A stretch of 64,000 nt of DNA. Origin: Tubiluchus corallicola. Its lineage: Eukaryota > Animalia > Priapulida. Shown here in pieces: positions 33,131 through 49,726 of this stretch. The number at the start of each line of letters is the position of its first letter. Position 1 is the stretch's first letter. The position numbers were made by a program, and so were the translations under genes. A model generated the notes under the pieces. That model was not told where the DNA came from and ran no database searches. It was given only the letters and a program-made list of their open reading frames with translations. The stretch covers positions 62,001-126,000 of the forward strand of contig JAQGDQ010000283.1 of NCBI GenBank assembly GCA_030141605.1, written 5' to 3'.

Positions 33131-34563
33131 TTCTCCACATACCGAAATTAACGACATCTTAATGTGTTTATATAAATTTATTATGAAACTACCACTTTTT
33201 GGTGTTATGGTTCCTTATTAAGTGCAAAATTTCTGAGAAAAAGCTTTTCTGGGAAACGAGTCTACCCCAATCTTTAGCCCTCGATCAATACTATAATCAT
33301 ACAATATCATACAGACGAGAAACAGATGAGTTGGACGGATGAAATTAATGAAAAAGTAAAGTATTTCAGTTGAATGTGAATAAATTAGAGGAATCAATAT
33401 GGAGAATTTTTGTGATTATGTGAATGTGCTAAACAAAGAGTGCAAGAAGGCAAAACAAACTTTGGTTTTGAGTTATGGAGATGGCAAAATTAAGAAGTAC
33501 GTGAACAAAACAAAATTAGAAGAAATGAGAGAAAGAACTGAAGTTAAACTGAATTATGATGTTGCTAAAATTAATATAATATTCATTAATATTATATAAT
33601 ACATTGCTATAATAATCTGTAAAAGTTCTTTCAAAGGAGATTTAAAATGTCCAATAAGTATATAACAAGAGGATGACGTTACAAAGCACTTTTTGGGACG
33701 TGAAATAATGAAAAAATATTGCTTTTACGAGCAAAGTTTTAAATGGAAACATGATTAAATCTGAAGAGACTGATGATTTAGGAAAAGTGTAATTATCAAG
33801 AAAGCAATGGAGATGAGAAAACGAAGAAGTTTTGAACTTAAGCTACATAAACATGACTAAAGGAGAAATCAAAATAGAAATTTATGATTACTAGTGCCTC
33901 ACACATTTTCTCTGTTATTTAAAAGAGTTAATAGTGCCTGTTAATCTAACAGAGCCGAAGGCACGAGTACTGCTAAAATAGCTGCGTCACGTAAAAACAG
34001 CTTTCCTGTTAAAAGTTTACAAATTTATCCACACTTTTTCAACATTAGCATTTTTGTAACTGTGGTATTCTCTACTCAGCGCGAAATGTACTGAAGTTTG
34101 TATATTTTCCTGTTTTTTTTAAATTATAGTTAATTTTAATGCTTATCATTTTATAACGTACTGCATTTGTTTCAGATATAAGACCATGTATGTCTATCAA
34201 TGATTACTGTACATCTGTCAACACAGCTACTTTTGATTGACACGTAGAAGTGTCAATCAGTTACTACTATCACCAGAAAAAATATTTTACGAGGCTATGT
34301 ACAATATTCGAGTACCTTGAAAGGCTAACACATAGTTGTGGCGCTATTGCGCTTCGCGCTTCCTAGTTTTCAAACTAGAGTTTCCTTATTGATTTTAATT
34401 TTTTTGCACACCAGAGTTTTGACTATTTTTTCGTTAGGGTACCTCACAGCAATGCAAGACTCTGATACAAAAATCCTAGCTTGAAAATAGGAGTCGTGGC
34501 AGTCTAATAGCGCCCAAAATTATTTTTGATTAGCTGATAAGCAAAGTTGTAAAGCTGTAACTA

Positions 34564-35090
34564 CCGTATATACTCGCATATAAGCCTACATCGCATATTA
34601 GCCGACCCCCTAAAACTGCTTTAAAATGGCCAGTTTTTGCAAAAACCCGTATATAAGCCGACCATCAACTTGACTAATTTTACTCCATGCCCAATCAACA
34701 AAATTGATCCCTTTTTGTCACATTTTGTTAATTGGGTATTTTTGGTTCATTGAAATTTTTTACTATAAAGATGTAAAATGCTTACTTTTATGTTACATAC
34801 TAGAAGAAATTATACATTTTGATATGAATAAAGAAGAAAATATTTTGTTTTCTATTTATTCACAAAAAATTATAACATTTCTGTTTATAATTTAACGTAG
34901 TGTTCTTGAAAAAAACAAAATGACACACAACCAAATAAAGAGTCAGATAGCGATGAAAATGTGTGGCTGGAAAATTGGCATTAGTGTCTGTCCTTGTGTT
35001 CATTTTGTTTCATGCGCATATAAGCCGACCCCCTGATTTCAGTATTGTATTTTATAGTTCTAAATTCGGCTTATATGCGAGTATATACGG
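34564..35090. mobile_element. 527-bp pogo/Tc2-like MITE
   Basis: Perfect 23-bp TIR CCGTATATACTCGCATATAAGCC, TA on both flanks, internal TATAAGCCGACC repeats. Confidence 0.93.
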
Positions 35091-35988
35091 TAGTTGTCTA
35101 TCAACCATATCATCCTTGTAAACTGTAGCGTAAATCAATGAAAAACGTAACATCAAATTGAAAGCCTTATCATAATAAGTCAGTTGAAGATAATCTAATT
35201 GTACGACACAATACTACTGAACAGTATGCAAATACAAAACTGTTAATCAGTCACATTCATTTTGGTGCCGCACAATACTGGGGCCAGGTACCTGTTTTCT
35301 TAGTATTAACCATCCAGAGGTAACAAATTTTTCATCTTGCCAAAAATTTGATTTAATTTGTTAATGTTGTCACCTGTAATCAATATTGTACTTATAACCA
35401 TCAGTGGATGATTTCGGCTTTGCTTATTGTGTAAGAACATATATTGTACTTATATTATATATAATGACATATATATATGTGTGTGTTTGTGCATGTATGC
35501 ATATGTGTGACTTGACCTTTCATGCTTGTAGCCTGATAACAACTTACTTTAGTTGCAAAAGGTTCAGCAAAAAATCTGTGCGAAACAACTTCAAGTAATT
35601 CTCGTTCAAAATATTTTTTAATAAGGTGTCACTCAGAACATTGCTTATGCATGCAACCATGGTAAAATCAGGCAGCAATTCATAAACGTACAGTAAGCTA
35701 CCTATAATCTAGAATAAAAATAACTTGACTTTTTTCATCTGTAATTTTAATAAATCACTGTTAACGTGATGCTAACTCCGCCACTAAGTATGCAATAGAG
35801 TTTGTGTTGCTTTCTGAGTCAGCTGTGTGAATATTTATTTTTTTTATTTTACTTGTTGCCTAGCTTGATATTATAAATAATAATATACTTCAATTTAAAT
35901 TTTCAAGAATTCATGTTAAAATTACTTATTGTCATTTTCAGTTTTTATAGACCAGAAAGGAATCTAATTTGGTTTACAGAAAATAACA

Positions 35989-39988
<4,000 letters not shown>

Positions 39989-42611
39989 GAATGACTGTTT
40001 TGCTTGTTGGCACACTTAAAAGACTACGGTGTAAAAAGATACAATGTTTCACCTAATGCAATCATTTGCACGATCAATCATAATCTGGCTAATTTAGACA
40101 ATTGTACTATACACATCAGCATTTGTGACATTTGTGTGTAATGTGATGGTACGTTATTCGTTTTCAAGAACACCAGTGCCACTGTATTGTCGTGGATCAA
40201 GCAAATACTTTGAAACAAATCACACAGCATTTGTAAGATTAATTATATCTTTATTAGCTTTGACTGAATTTTCTTTACTCCACTTAATCACATGTAAATT
40301 AAGTAGTTCACAAAACAAAAATGGAAAAGTGTGGGATACAAGATTAGGGTGGGACCATATGGCCTTGTACATGCTACTGTTAAACTTTTTACTATGTTGA
40401 TCGAAATAGTTCTCTATAAACAAAAGCCTGGTTTTTGGCCTAGGCCATGTTAACTGCCTTGTCTGCTTACATAATTAAACTTATTAGGACTGCTTGGACG
40501 AGTCGGGTTGCAACGTAGCATAATTCTGTCCAAGACTGATGTCCACAAATTGTAAATGTGGTGTTCTTAAAGTTTATTGATGGGCGACACTAGTGGGATG
40601 TTTTCCTACACCTCTGTATATATTATATAGTTGCAAAGTTATTATGTGCGTTGTACCTGACTGTATGTTGTTGTATTTATAGTGTTCCTTACCAGTCCAT
40701 AGCTATTACTGTCGTGCGCCAAACAAATGGAGAAATATTCTCGAACTTGTAAAAATTCATCGGGTATGAAGCAGATTGCTTCTCAATGGTTTTCTTAAGT
40801 AAAAGGTGCGAGTATTGTAAATAATCTGTTGAAATCGGACAGTAAGACAAAACCTGAACTAGTACTACTATAAGCGTATAAGCCAAAAGTTATAGCATTT
40901 CTCCTTCATAAGTAATCTTTTAATCACATTTATTTTTGCCAAGTTGACTTTTCTGTCTAGTTTGACAACTGAATGTTTCTGTTAATATATAGTTCATATG
41001 TTTAGTTATCTAAAATTGTTTAATCTTGTAAATTTTGAAATTTGTTTCTATGTAAAACTTCTCATTATCTGAAAATCAAAGTGATTCTGATTACATATCT
41101 GCAATAAGTTGCTATGATAACCACATAGGCTATTAATGATACTCTGTCAATTATTGTTGCATTTTAGTTGATTTCAAGGTTTTTTATCTGTTCTTGTTTT
41201 TCAAGCATGGCTTTACACTACATTTTCAATTCAAAAACTAGCTCACTGATTTGTCTTAAGCAATCGATAAATTATAACTTTTTAAGAGTTAGACAACTTT
41301 ATTTATTCTTAAATAAATGTGTAAAGGTATAGTTACAGAACTAATAGCTTTTTTATTCTTCTTGTTAGTTACAAAATAATGCAGTGAAAACACGTGTACG
41401 TATTATTTGGAAATGCTACTAGATTACTTTGTAACAACCAAGGGAACAGAGTTGTACCCATTGTATCTGATTAATAACTGTTTAATAAATTTTGTACATA
41501 TTCATATTTTCTTACTGTTTTCGCTTTGACGTAGTCTGTCCCAAGTCATGCACAATATCAATGTAACTGCTAATTAGTTGATTCACTAAATACCAAGGTC
41601 TTAAAAAAGCTTCAAAAAACAAAAAAATTACCAAATTTAATATCAAACTTTTAATTATACTTGAGTATTTAGGAAGGTATTAGTAGATATTGGATAAACT
41701 TCATGCAAATTAACAGCTTCTAGGTTACAACCCTGAAAGCACACTTGTGCCAATGCCTCACAGACAGAATTATCAAGTTTCAGAATGTTGAGAAATCGAC
41801 TTAATCACATTTACAATTATAAAATACGAATACGTAGCATAGAAACCTGACACCACTTACAACTACTTGACATTAGCTTACAGACAGGCTAGGCTCATAA
41901 TAAATTAACAGCCACATAGTTCCACTAGTAAAGGTGGCTGTTTTCAGTACATCAACCCATTGTTAATTGTAACAATACAATAAGCACACTGTTAATAAAA
42001 ATGTATTGCAGTTAGTTTTCATACAATTTGGCATACCATATACCGAATTCAATGACAGGGTCATACAAATGGAAGTTGTATCACCAGTGCCTGACTCATT
42101 ATCAAATCTGTGCCTCTAAGATGAGGCACTAAACCAGCAGAGGTATCACAGCTACGTTTGTATGTAAATAATTACATCCTGTACAAGGTAAATGCGCACA
42201 ATTGGTATAGAGAAGACGATTGAATCAGCCCTGAGCAAAAATCAAAGCAGTTCTCCCTTCCGTTAACACACCATCCTCAGCACCAATCTTAACTGTGATT
42301 GTCAGTCAGTCTTACTGCTAGGCTATGAATCTCGCCTCTAAGTGGAAATTCAAGTGTACACTTTATTCAAGGTCAGGCTGCATCCACGCAACAAAAGTAT
42401 AAGTCATTTTTTAGTTACACCAATTTTTTGTTAACTTTTGATAATACATGGCTTACAAGGGTGACCTGAGCAACCTGAAACTGCTACAAACTTGCTGCAA
42501 ACTGACAAAACTGTTAATCGAACTCACAATCAACGAAAATTACATACATGAACTCCTACATCCTACAAATTAAAATTGCAAAGACTTGTGCATGTTACAG
42601 TAGCATTCTTT

Positions 42612-45600
42612 TCAAGAAGAAGCAGAACTAGACCCACTACTGTAGCGCCGTCGTTTTACTGGTGATCGCGAACGGGGTCGTCTAGGTGATCTTGATCTCC
42701 TCTTCACTGGAGAGCGCCGAAATCTCCCAGGTGACGTCCTCCTGCCCCATCCTCCAGGACGCCGAGGAGGGCTGCGACGAAGAGGTGGGCGAGCCCGTGG
42801 CAGAAGAACCATGCTCACGGTTATTTCTTGACCATCAATCTGACCTGCATCAATGTTAAAAAAGCGGTAATATTTCAAATGATAATTTCTACATAATAAT
42901 TTAGAACATGAAGAAGGTTCTCTAAAAGATGAGGTTAACCAAACCATATACCAGATATTTTCCCAGAAGTAGGGTAGCACTGAATATCATATTTTCAATG
43001 TCACAGACTTGACTCAGTAACTTTGAAAACCAAACTGCTGTATAATATATAATCTATATTACAATATCATTTTTCTGATTGGTTAGAACTTCAGAGAGTC
43101 ATTTTCGTTTAACAAAATAACCCATCATCAGATTACAAAATCAAATTAAAGTCACAAGATTTTTTTGTTATTTGTTGTTTTTATCAATAAAATGATTAAA
43201 TTTTACTCGTGCTACTTCCAACTATATTTTCATTTGCAGTCTGAGGATGGTTTACTTTTTTACGTGAAACGTCATTCTAAAGTTTTAACCTGTCAAAATA
43301 AAAATGAAAAATTTTATATTAGTTACACACAATGAAACAATGCATGAGTGTGTTTCATACAACTTATGCAAAGCAGATTCTCGAACACTTTTGTATAGGA
43401 ACATAATAAGTTCACTTCAGGTGACAAAAATAGAAGAAAAATTATTTGTATTGCGTTTGTGCCGTTGCTATTGCACAAAATAGGCTGTTATACTGCTTTT
43501 CATCTCTAAGGAGCCAGCAATTCTGCAATCGCTTATCACACTTATGCCCAAAGACAAACTTGGCATGTTAAATGGTAAGAATAACAAAATATTGTGGAAA
43601 TTCTGAAAATTCTGTACCTGAGGGTTAAAACTAAAATTCTAAGACTGACTTTTTTAGTAATGTTGAAATGCTGGTCTTAACAAGCAAGGTTCATAGCCTA
43701 GTGGTAACTTCTTCATATCTTGGCTACCAAAGTTAAGATGGTGTCGAGTCGGGCCAGTGAGTGGGCACCTCTATCAGTTCAGTGACTCATCTTACCGACA
43801 CAGCTATGATAATGAGTCAAGTTCTGATTTCATAGTGACCATCCAATTTGAGTAGGACCTGATACTGAGTGCTAGATTTCAATTTGCAGAATTTTAACGT
43901 ATAAAAAAATCAGTACCTTTATCCATGTACTCAATAGCTTTTTCTGCCTCTTCCGGTCTCTCATACTCCACGTATGCATCTCCACGACATAAATGTGGAT
44001 TCATTCTATCGTTCGGCAGCTCCACACTTTTTATATCTCCATAGACGGAAAATATTTCCTAGAAATGTTTCGAAAAATGTAAAATCTTCTGGTTGCATCC
44101 AGCGAAAATCTTCAACTCGGTTGGGCATGGGAAAAGGTGTATTGAAGTATAACGGGGAGTTGTCAAAACTGTAAATGGGAAAAAAGTTAGGGCTAAATTT
44201 CTGCGAACTTGTTTGTGAAGTAATGCTTTTGAGATGCACTATTCCAAGTGCATGTTGGGAATATGCAGATGGGAAATGTGCAGGCCTCGAATTACGCATT
44301 GTCAATGTAACTGACTACCGCCGAACAACTATATCATGCACATGTTAACAAAACTAATGGCTGTATCAAAAAACTCTGTATCTGAGATGATGACAATGTG
44401 TCTCAGTTTATGCATTTATAATAATTGATTTTGATATTTAAGCGACTTTATTACTAGTGCAATTTACGAGTCTCGAAATTATTGCGAGGATCTTCATCGC
44501 AATATTTCCAGCACACATTAATTAATATGGTTTACCATATATCTTTTGACAGAGATTAATAAGACACTCAGGGATCGTACTCTACTTTTCAAAAATATAG
44601 GACATTATTCTAAAAAAATATAGGACATTTTTTGAAAAAATACAGGAATTATAGGACATTTTCCTTAAAGTTTCTAACCTTAAACTACCGCGATTTTCAC
44701 AATTTCATTTGCAAAAGTAAATGATTTTTCCTACCTGTAACAGGAGAGCATTCTTTGGTTGAAGTTGGTATTGTCATTGAGCGGCTTATATACTTCTGGG
44801 TACGCTCTTTCGCCACCTAGATTGTTCAAAATTACATTTTACAAAAACAAGACGAGCAGGAAGTTATCATTGGGCCATCTTATTAGGTGTTTAGTGATCC
44901 TAAAAAACTATCCATTTCATGTCACAATAATCAGACATAAAAAACTTTGTACTAACCGTTCGGGAATCTTCGAATCTTGTATTCACACGCCGTTAGAGCA
45001 TACACCAGAACCATCAACCACGCAATGAGAATACCAACTCTGTAAAAACATACATACTTCGCGACAGACAATTGTTATTTACATTCACTAAAATGCCCAA
45101 ATCATGAAGATATGTACTTATAACATTTAATTGTGGCTATGCACGCCGAAGGCAAGCGAAAAATACCAATAATATTCTCATTTCATTGAGAATTCATGAT
45201 TTTATAGGAATTATAGGACTAGTATGAGCCCTGGACACTGCTATTTTAGCAAACAAATATCTCTCTGGGGTATCTTATGAAATTATAATGAATGCCGTCG
45301 AAGCAACAGACGAAGACATACTCAGCCTTTAATAGAATATCTTTGCAGCATAACCTTAAGGTTGCACTTTACCACAATGAAGGTAATATCTAAAATGTTC
45401 AGATCAAACTTTGGGGCACCTAAATAACTTATACGCAATAGCAAAAAAGTGATAATATGATTCATACGAAAGCAAATAAGTGAGCTATACCTGAACGTGA
45501 TCTTTAGTGACATTCTTAGTGAGTCTGGCAATGCAGACCTTGGAAGATTTTGGCGTGGGACTCCGCCTACGCCTTCGCGGTGACTCTGACCTAATATAAA

Positions 45601-47253
45601 GAATTCCTTTGAACTCCAAAAAAAGTACAATAAAAATAATACAAACACTAAATTGTTAACAGTTACCTAGCAGAAGAAATTATCCATTTAAGGTGCAGAA
45701 GATCTTTAAAAGTGAGGAAGTGACTGTGCAACACATAAATTGAAAATAAAAAAATCAAAACTGATTTATTACAAATGCATGTTAATAGTAACAAACTGCA
45801 AGTCGCTTGTCATTATCACCAGTTGTTAGAAACATTTAATTAACTGTCACAGCTATGTCAGTTAACAAATATTTCCTGCTTGTCTTGTTTCCCTACAACA
45901 CCATACACAATTTAAAAATTATATCTGCTTAGATTAATCATGCTTCTAATGCTTAACCTAAAAGTTTTTATTTATCTTTACAAGTGCTGTGTAATAGTGA
46001 TACTTTTTTCTCCAACAACTCGAAACTAAACTATAAATTGACTAAACGTTTTTAGTTGGGACAAAAAAGACAATAATTAATAAATTTTATTTCATTAAAA
46101 ATTTTGTTTATTAGGTTGTGTCAAGATTTAACTTTTTACTAATTCCAAAACTAGATATGAATAGTGGAAAAAAATCAGGAATAATTAAATTTAACAATAC
46201 TAACTCAACATAAACAAATAATTTAACACAAATGTACATTTAACAACACTTAGGACATGCAGTCTAACTGATATCTCCTAGATTGCCTTCTAGTATGGCT
46301 ACAGTCTGTTCAGAGCCAAATTCAACTACATGTCGAAAAATGTAACAATCTAAAAAATTACAAATACCTTGATCTTCGTCGTCGTTCGTGTTCTCTCTCT
46401 CTTTCTCTCCCTCGGCTTCTGCTTCCCTCTCTTCTTCGTGGACTTCTGTCCTTGTGTTCTTTAGCCGCATCTTTTCTGGGTGATTTATCTTTCTTTGCCT
46501 ACATTATTGTGTACAAGAGAATGTAATAATAACTTCGATACATCCGTATGCCAGGGGAAAGCTTTGTTCTTAGTTAACTTGCTACAAACATAAATCAACT
46601 AATAGCTTAACTTATGTGTTTCTTACTTCAAAGTACTAATTTAAGTTACATATTTAAGAGCTTTTCTTGCATATGATAGCTGATGCAGTCCAACAGCTGT
46701 ACATTTGAGGAATACTCAGCAGACTTCTTTGATGAAAACCAATTGCGAACACCTATTCAAATATATATATCACATCTTAAACAGCTGTACATTTGAGGAA
46801 TACTCAGCAGACTTCTTTGATGAAAACCAATTGCGAACACCTATTCAAATATATATATCACATCTTAAATACTTTTGATAGGATACCAAAGCTTCCTAAA
46901 GTTTCAATATGAAAATAACAGAAAATCAGACAATAATTGATGGAGAATCAATGATAAAATGAAGTAATTTACGGAAAAAAACTTACGGCACAGATAAGTT
47001 CCAGTCTGGGTTGTCGAACATGAACAGATAAAATTGCAAATGCAAAAAAGGAAAAGCAACATTTTAAAAAAATCTATTTGAAAAACAAAAAGTGATTTTT
47101 AAAAATGGGGTGAACCAATCTAGCTAAGAGCAATTTGTAATCTTGCAATAAAATGAATAAATTCTTAAGAACGTTTGGTATTGTAAATCTAAACACCAAC
47201 TATATAGCAAAAATTATTCCTTTTAAGATTAAAAGCACAGCAAAAAATACTTT

Positions 47254-47293
<40 letters not shown>

Positions 47294-48225
47294 TAAGGGA
47301 TTTTTCTTGTGCCACCCTGTAACAAGGGAAGACAGTATAATGCCTTGTCGACTATGACACCAACTACTGTATTATGATTTACAAAACTTATTTGTGAACT
47401 ATGAAATGCATGTGCAAATCTATACCAATAGTTTTGTTGATGGTAAGCTGCTCCAAAACTCCTTTTCGTTTTGAAATGCATTGTTGATGTAATGGACTTC
47501 AGTACCCTTCGCCTTAAAGGAAAAACAAATTGCGAGTAAATTATACCTTGGCCGGAGATGCTGTATCACTTGTCTTATGACTCAACTTTTGCTTGGACTT
47601 TGGTGATCTCGATCTAGACCTTGAAGCTGAACTCTCTGACTCAGAACCAGAACCAGAAGAGCTGTCCGAAGAATATGATGAGCGAGAGTGACTTCGGGAA
47701 CTAAAATAAATTCAATAAATTAGGTAATTTTAATACAGCTTATTTGATAGCAACATGTGTTTGAGCATCTAAATTCATTGGGCTGATGTATTCAATAATT
47801 TGGGGCATAAATTTAAAATATATTCATTCACCAACATAATGACATGTGAAAGTCACAAATACACATGTAAGTTACTCTATGTACAGGTAACTGGACTAAT
47901 ACTTGGCAATATTAAGGAGTCAAAAAATTACAAAATTTCTGGAAAAAAGTAGTCTTTCTATAGCTGGGAAAATTTTGCATAGTTAATAAACCAATGAGTA
48001 ACATCAAGCAAAATATGACTAGGGCTAGTCATTTAAAAACAGTTAAAAGACAGACCATGGCTGTAGTTGATCACCTTAATTATAAAAATGTTTCCCTTTT
48101 TTGAAAAGCACAGCACAATAGCATCAAAACTCCCGATTTGAAGTTACAAACAACAATCCTAAGGAACTAATAAAATTAAATAAGTAAATGCCACACCTGC
48201 TATTACCACTGCTGTGACTTGACAT
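42612..48225 (-). CDS. RNPS1: RNA-binding protein with serine-rich domain 1 (EJC/ASAP subunit), 262 aa; exons 48225-48197, 47700-47547, 46498-46368, 45590-45491, 44058-43917, 42844-42612
   Basis: Ser-rich N-terminus; RRM PTPKSSKVCIARLTKNVTKDHVQ|EIFSVYGDIKSVELPNDRMNPHLCRGDAYVEYERPEEAEKAIEYMDK|GQIDGQEITVSMVL; RS/P-rich tail. Phases consistent (789 nt). The start exon is slightly less certain. Confidence 0.93.
43233..43305 (+). other. Degenerate minimal hammerhead-ribozyme-like motif (Penelope type)
   Basis: CTGAGGA...GAAACGTC with a weak stem I (tttgcagt / attctaaa), followed by AATAAA. Stem II poorly paired. Confidence 0.35.
43688..43880 (+). mobile_element. tRNA-derived SINE copy
   Basis: A box TAGCCTAGTGG and B-box-like GTGTCGAGTC. 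Body CACCTCT..CAGTTCAGTGACTCAT...TTGAGTA..CCTG.TACTGAGT recurs at ~56508-56620. Confidence 0.6.
44569..45233. mobile_element. 665-bp non-autonomous DNA transposon with CAGGG termini and 6-bp TSD
   Basis: CAGGGATCGTACT versus reverse complement CAGGGCTCATACT; perfect TSD GACACT at 44563-44568 and 45234-45239; repeated TATAGGA motifs at both ends. Confidence 0.85.
46692..46867. repeat. Perfect 88-bp tandem duplication in an RNPS1 intron
   Basis: AACAGCTGTACATTTGAGG...CACATCTTA present twice (starts 46692 and 46780). Confidence 0.95.
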
Positions 48226-48989
48226 ATTGGCTGCAACTTATAATTGATTCAAATCTTGCTCTTTACACAGAAAAATGCGTACTTCATCAGCATATAACAA
48301 AGAAAGCAATGTTCGAACTAGATATGTGCAGGTGTTAATAGGTGCTGCGGCTTATACAGACATGTGCAATCCTTGTCACTGTTCCAATTTTTGCTAAAAA
48401 ACAACAATATCTTATTACCAAAAAATAAAAAACATGAAGCAGAGATTCAAAAAATGAGTTCATTATTAATAAATAAGTAAAAACAATGTCACTTTCACAT
48501 TTCTTGAATAGTGTCAATAGCTCCAAACACAATAAAGATTTGCAAAACAACCAATTTCTATCAAACTACACCTAATATCAGAAAATTGAACAAAATGCAT
48601 TTTAAAAATTTTGCAAAACGAAACAGACAACCAATATTTAAATTAGAAAGAGTAAGACTCTGAAAAATTGTGTCAATGAGGATTCGACCACAAAGCTTTA
48701 AGTCTCAAAACTCCACATCTACTCCTGTGACACATACAGTCTTCCACAAAACTTGATACCTTCAACAGCCTTTCATTACAACCACTTATAAAATCATTAA
48801 ATGAAACATCCGAAGTATAATTTAAGCAGATTAATCAAATTCCTTATACAAAAACAAATGTTAAAAGAGTAGATGTAAATTCTATTCAGGTTTTTAATTT
48901 TCCAATGTTTTACATGGATCTGGATTTAAAACTAGATAAGAAATTGATTTTTAAGATTCCAAATAGTGTTTAGCGCAACAACTAAATTA

Positions 48990-49720
48990 AAAATAAAGAT
49001 ATATCTTTGCATTAGTTATGACATTTTTCCAATATCGAAATTATGTCAATATCTACATACAGGGGGCATTTTTTGAAAAGACCTAATTCAGGTTATACTT
49101 GTCTTGATAAGCAAAGCAATCATTTAAGGAAGCCTTTTACTTCATACTGTTTAATTCATAGGTAAATTTCTCTGGAAATGTTTTTTTTGGAATGGCAATT
49201 CCCATGGGAGGCAACTGCAGTCTATTATTGGCTGACATTTTCTTGTATTACTGTGAGTTTTCATCTATGCAACAGCTTCTTTTAAAGATAAAAAACTTTG
49301 AACACTTTCACTCTTCTGTAGATACACAGAACACTACTGGGTTAATTATAACTTTTTTAACACATTCACAAGATTTATGCATGCAGTTTGCCTACAAATA
49401 GATGTGACAGAGTTGATGATAATCATACAGTTTATTTGGATGTAGCTGTTTGTGTCAAGGAAAAGCATTTGAATGTGGAAGTTTTATACAAGGTAGATGA
49501 TTTTCCATTTTTGTGGTACTGTATACCATTCCTAGGAGTAACATTCCTTTTGAATTAGATTTCAAAGTTTCTGTTAGTCAGCTACTTAGGCTTCCAAGGA
49601 TTAGATCCAGTAAAGAGTTTTTATTAAGAGCATTAAAACTGACCCTGATCGAAATTATGTCAAATACGGGATACCGTATGTGACACGTTTTATTGCTTAC
49701 TGTCCCCTTCTCGTTGAAGC
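48990..49720 (+). mobile_element. Penelope-like element RT fragment
   Basis: AIPMGGNCSLLLADIFLY and YLDVAVCVKEKHLNVEVLYKVDDFPF...SNIP...SQLLR resemble PLE RT and thumb motifs. Disrupted; limits approximate. Confidence 0.7.
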
Positions 49721-49726
49721 GTAGCG

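Noticed and set aside
43688-43760. tRNA gene
   Set aside because: A and B boxes are present but there is no cloverleaf, and the downstream body recurs at 56.5 kb, so it is a SINE head.
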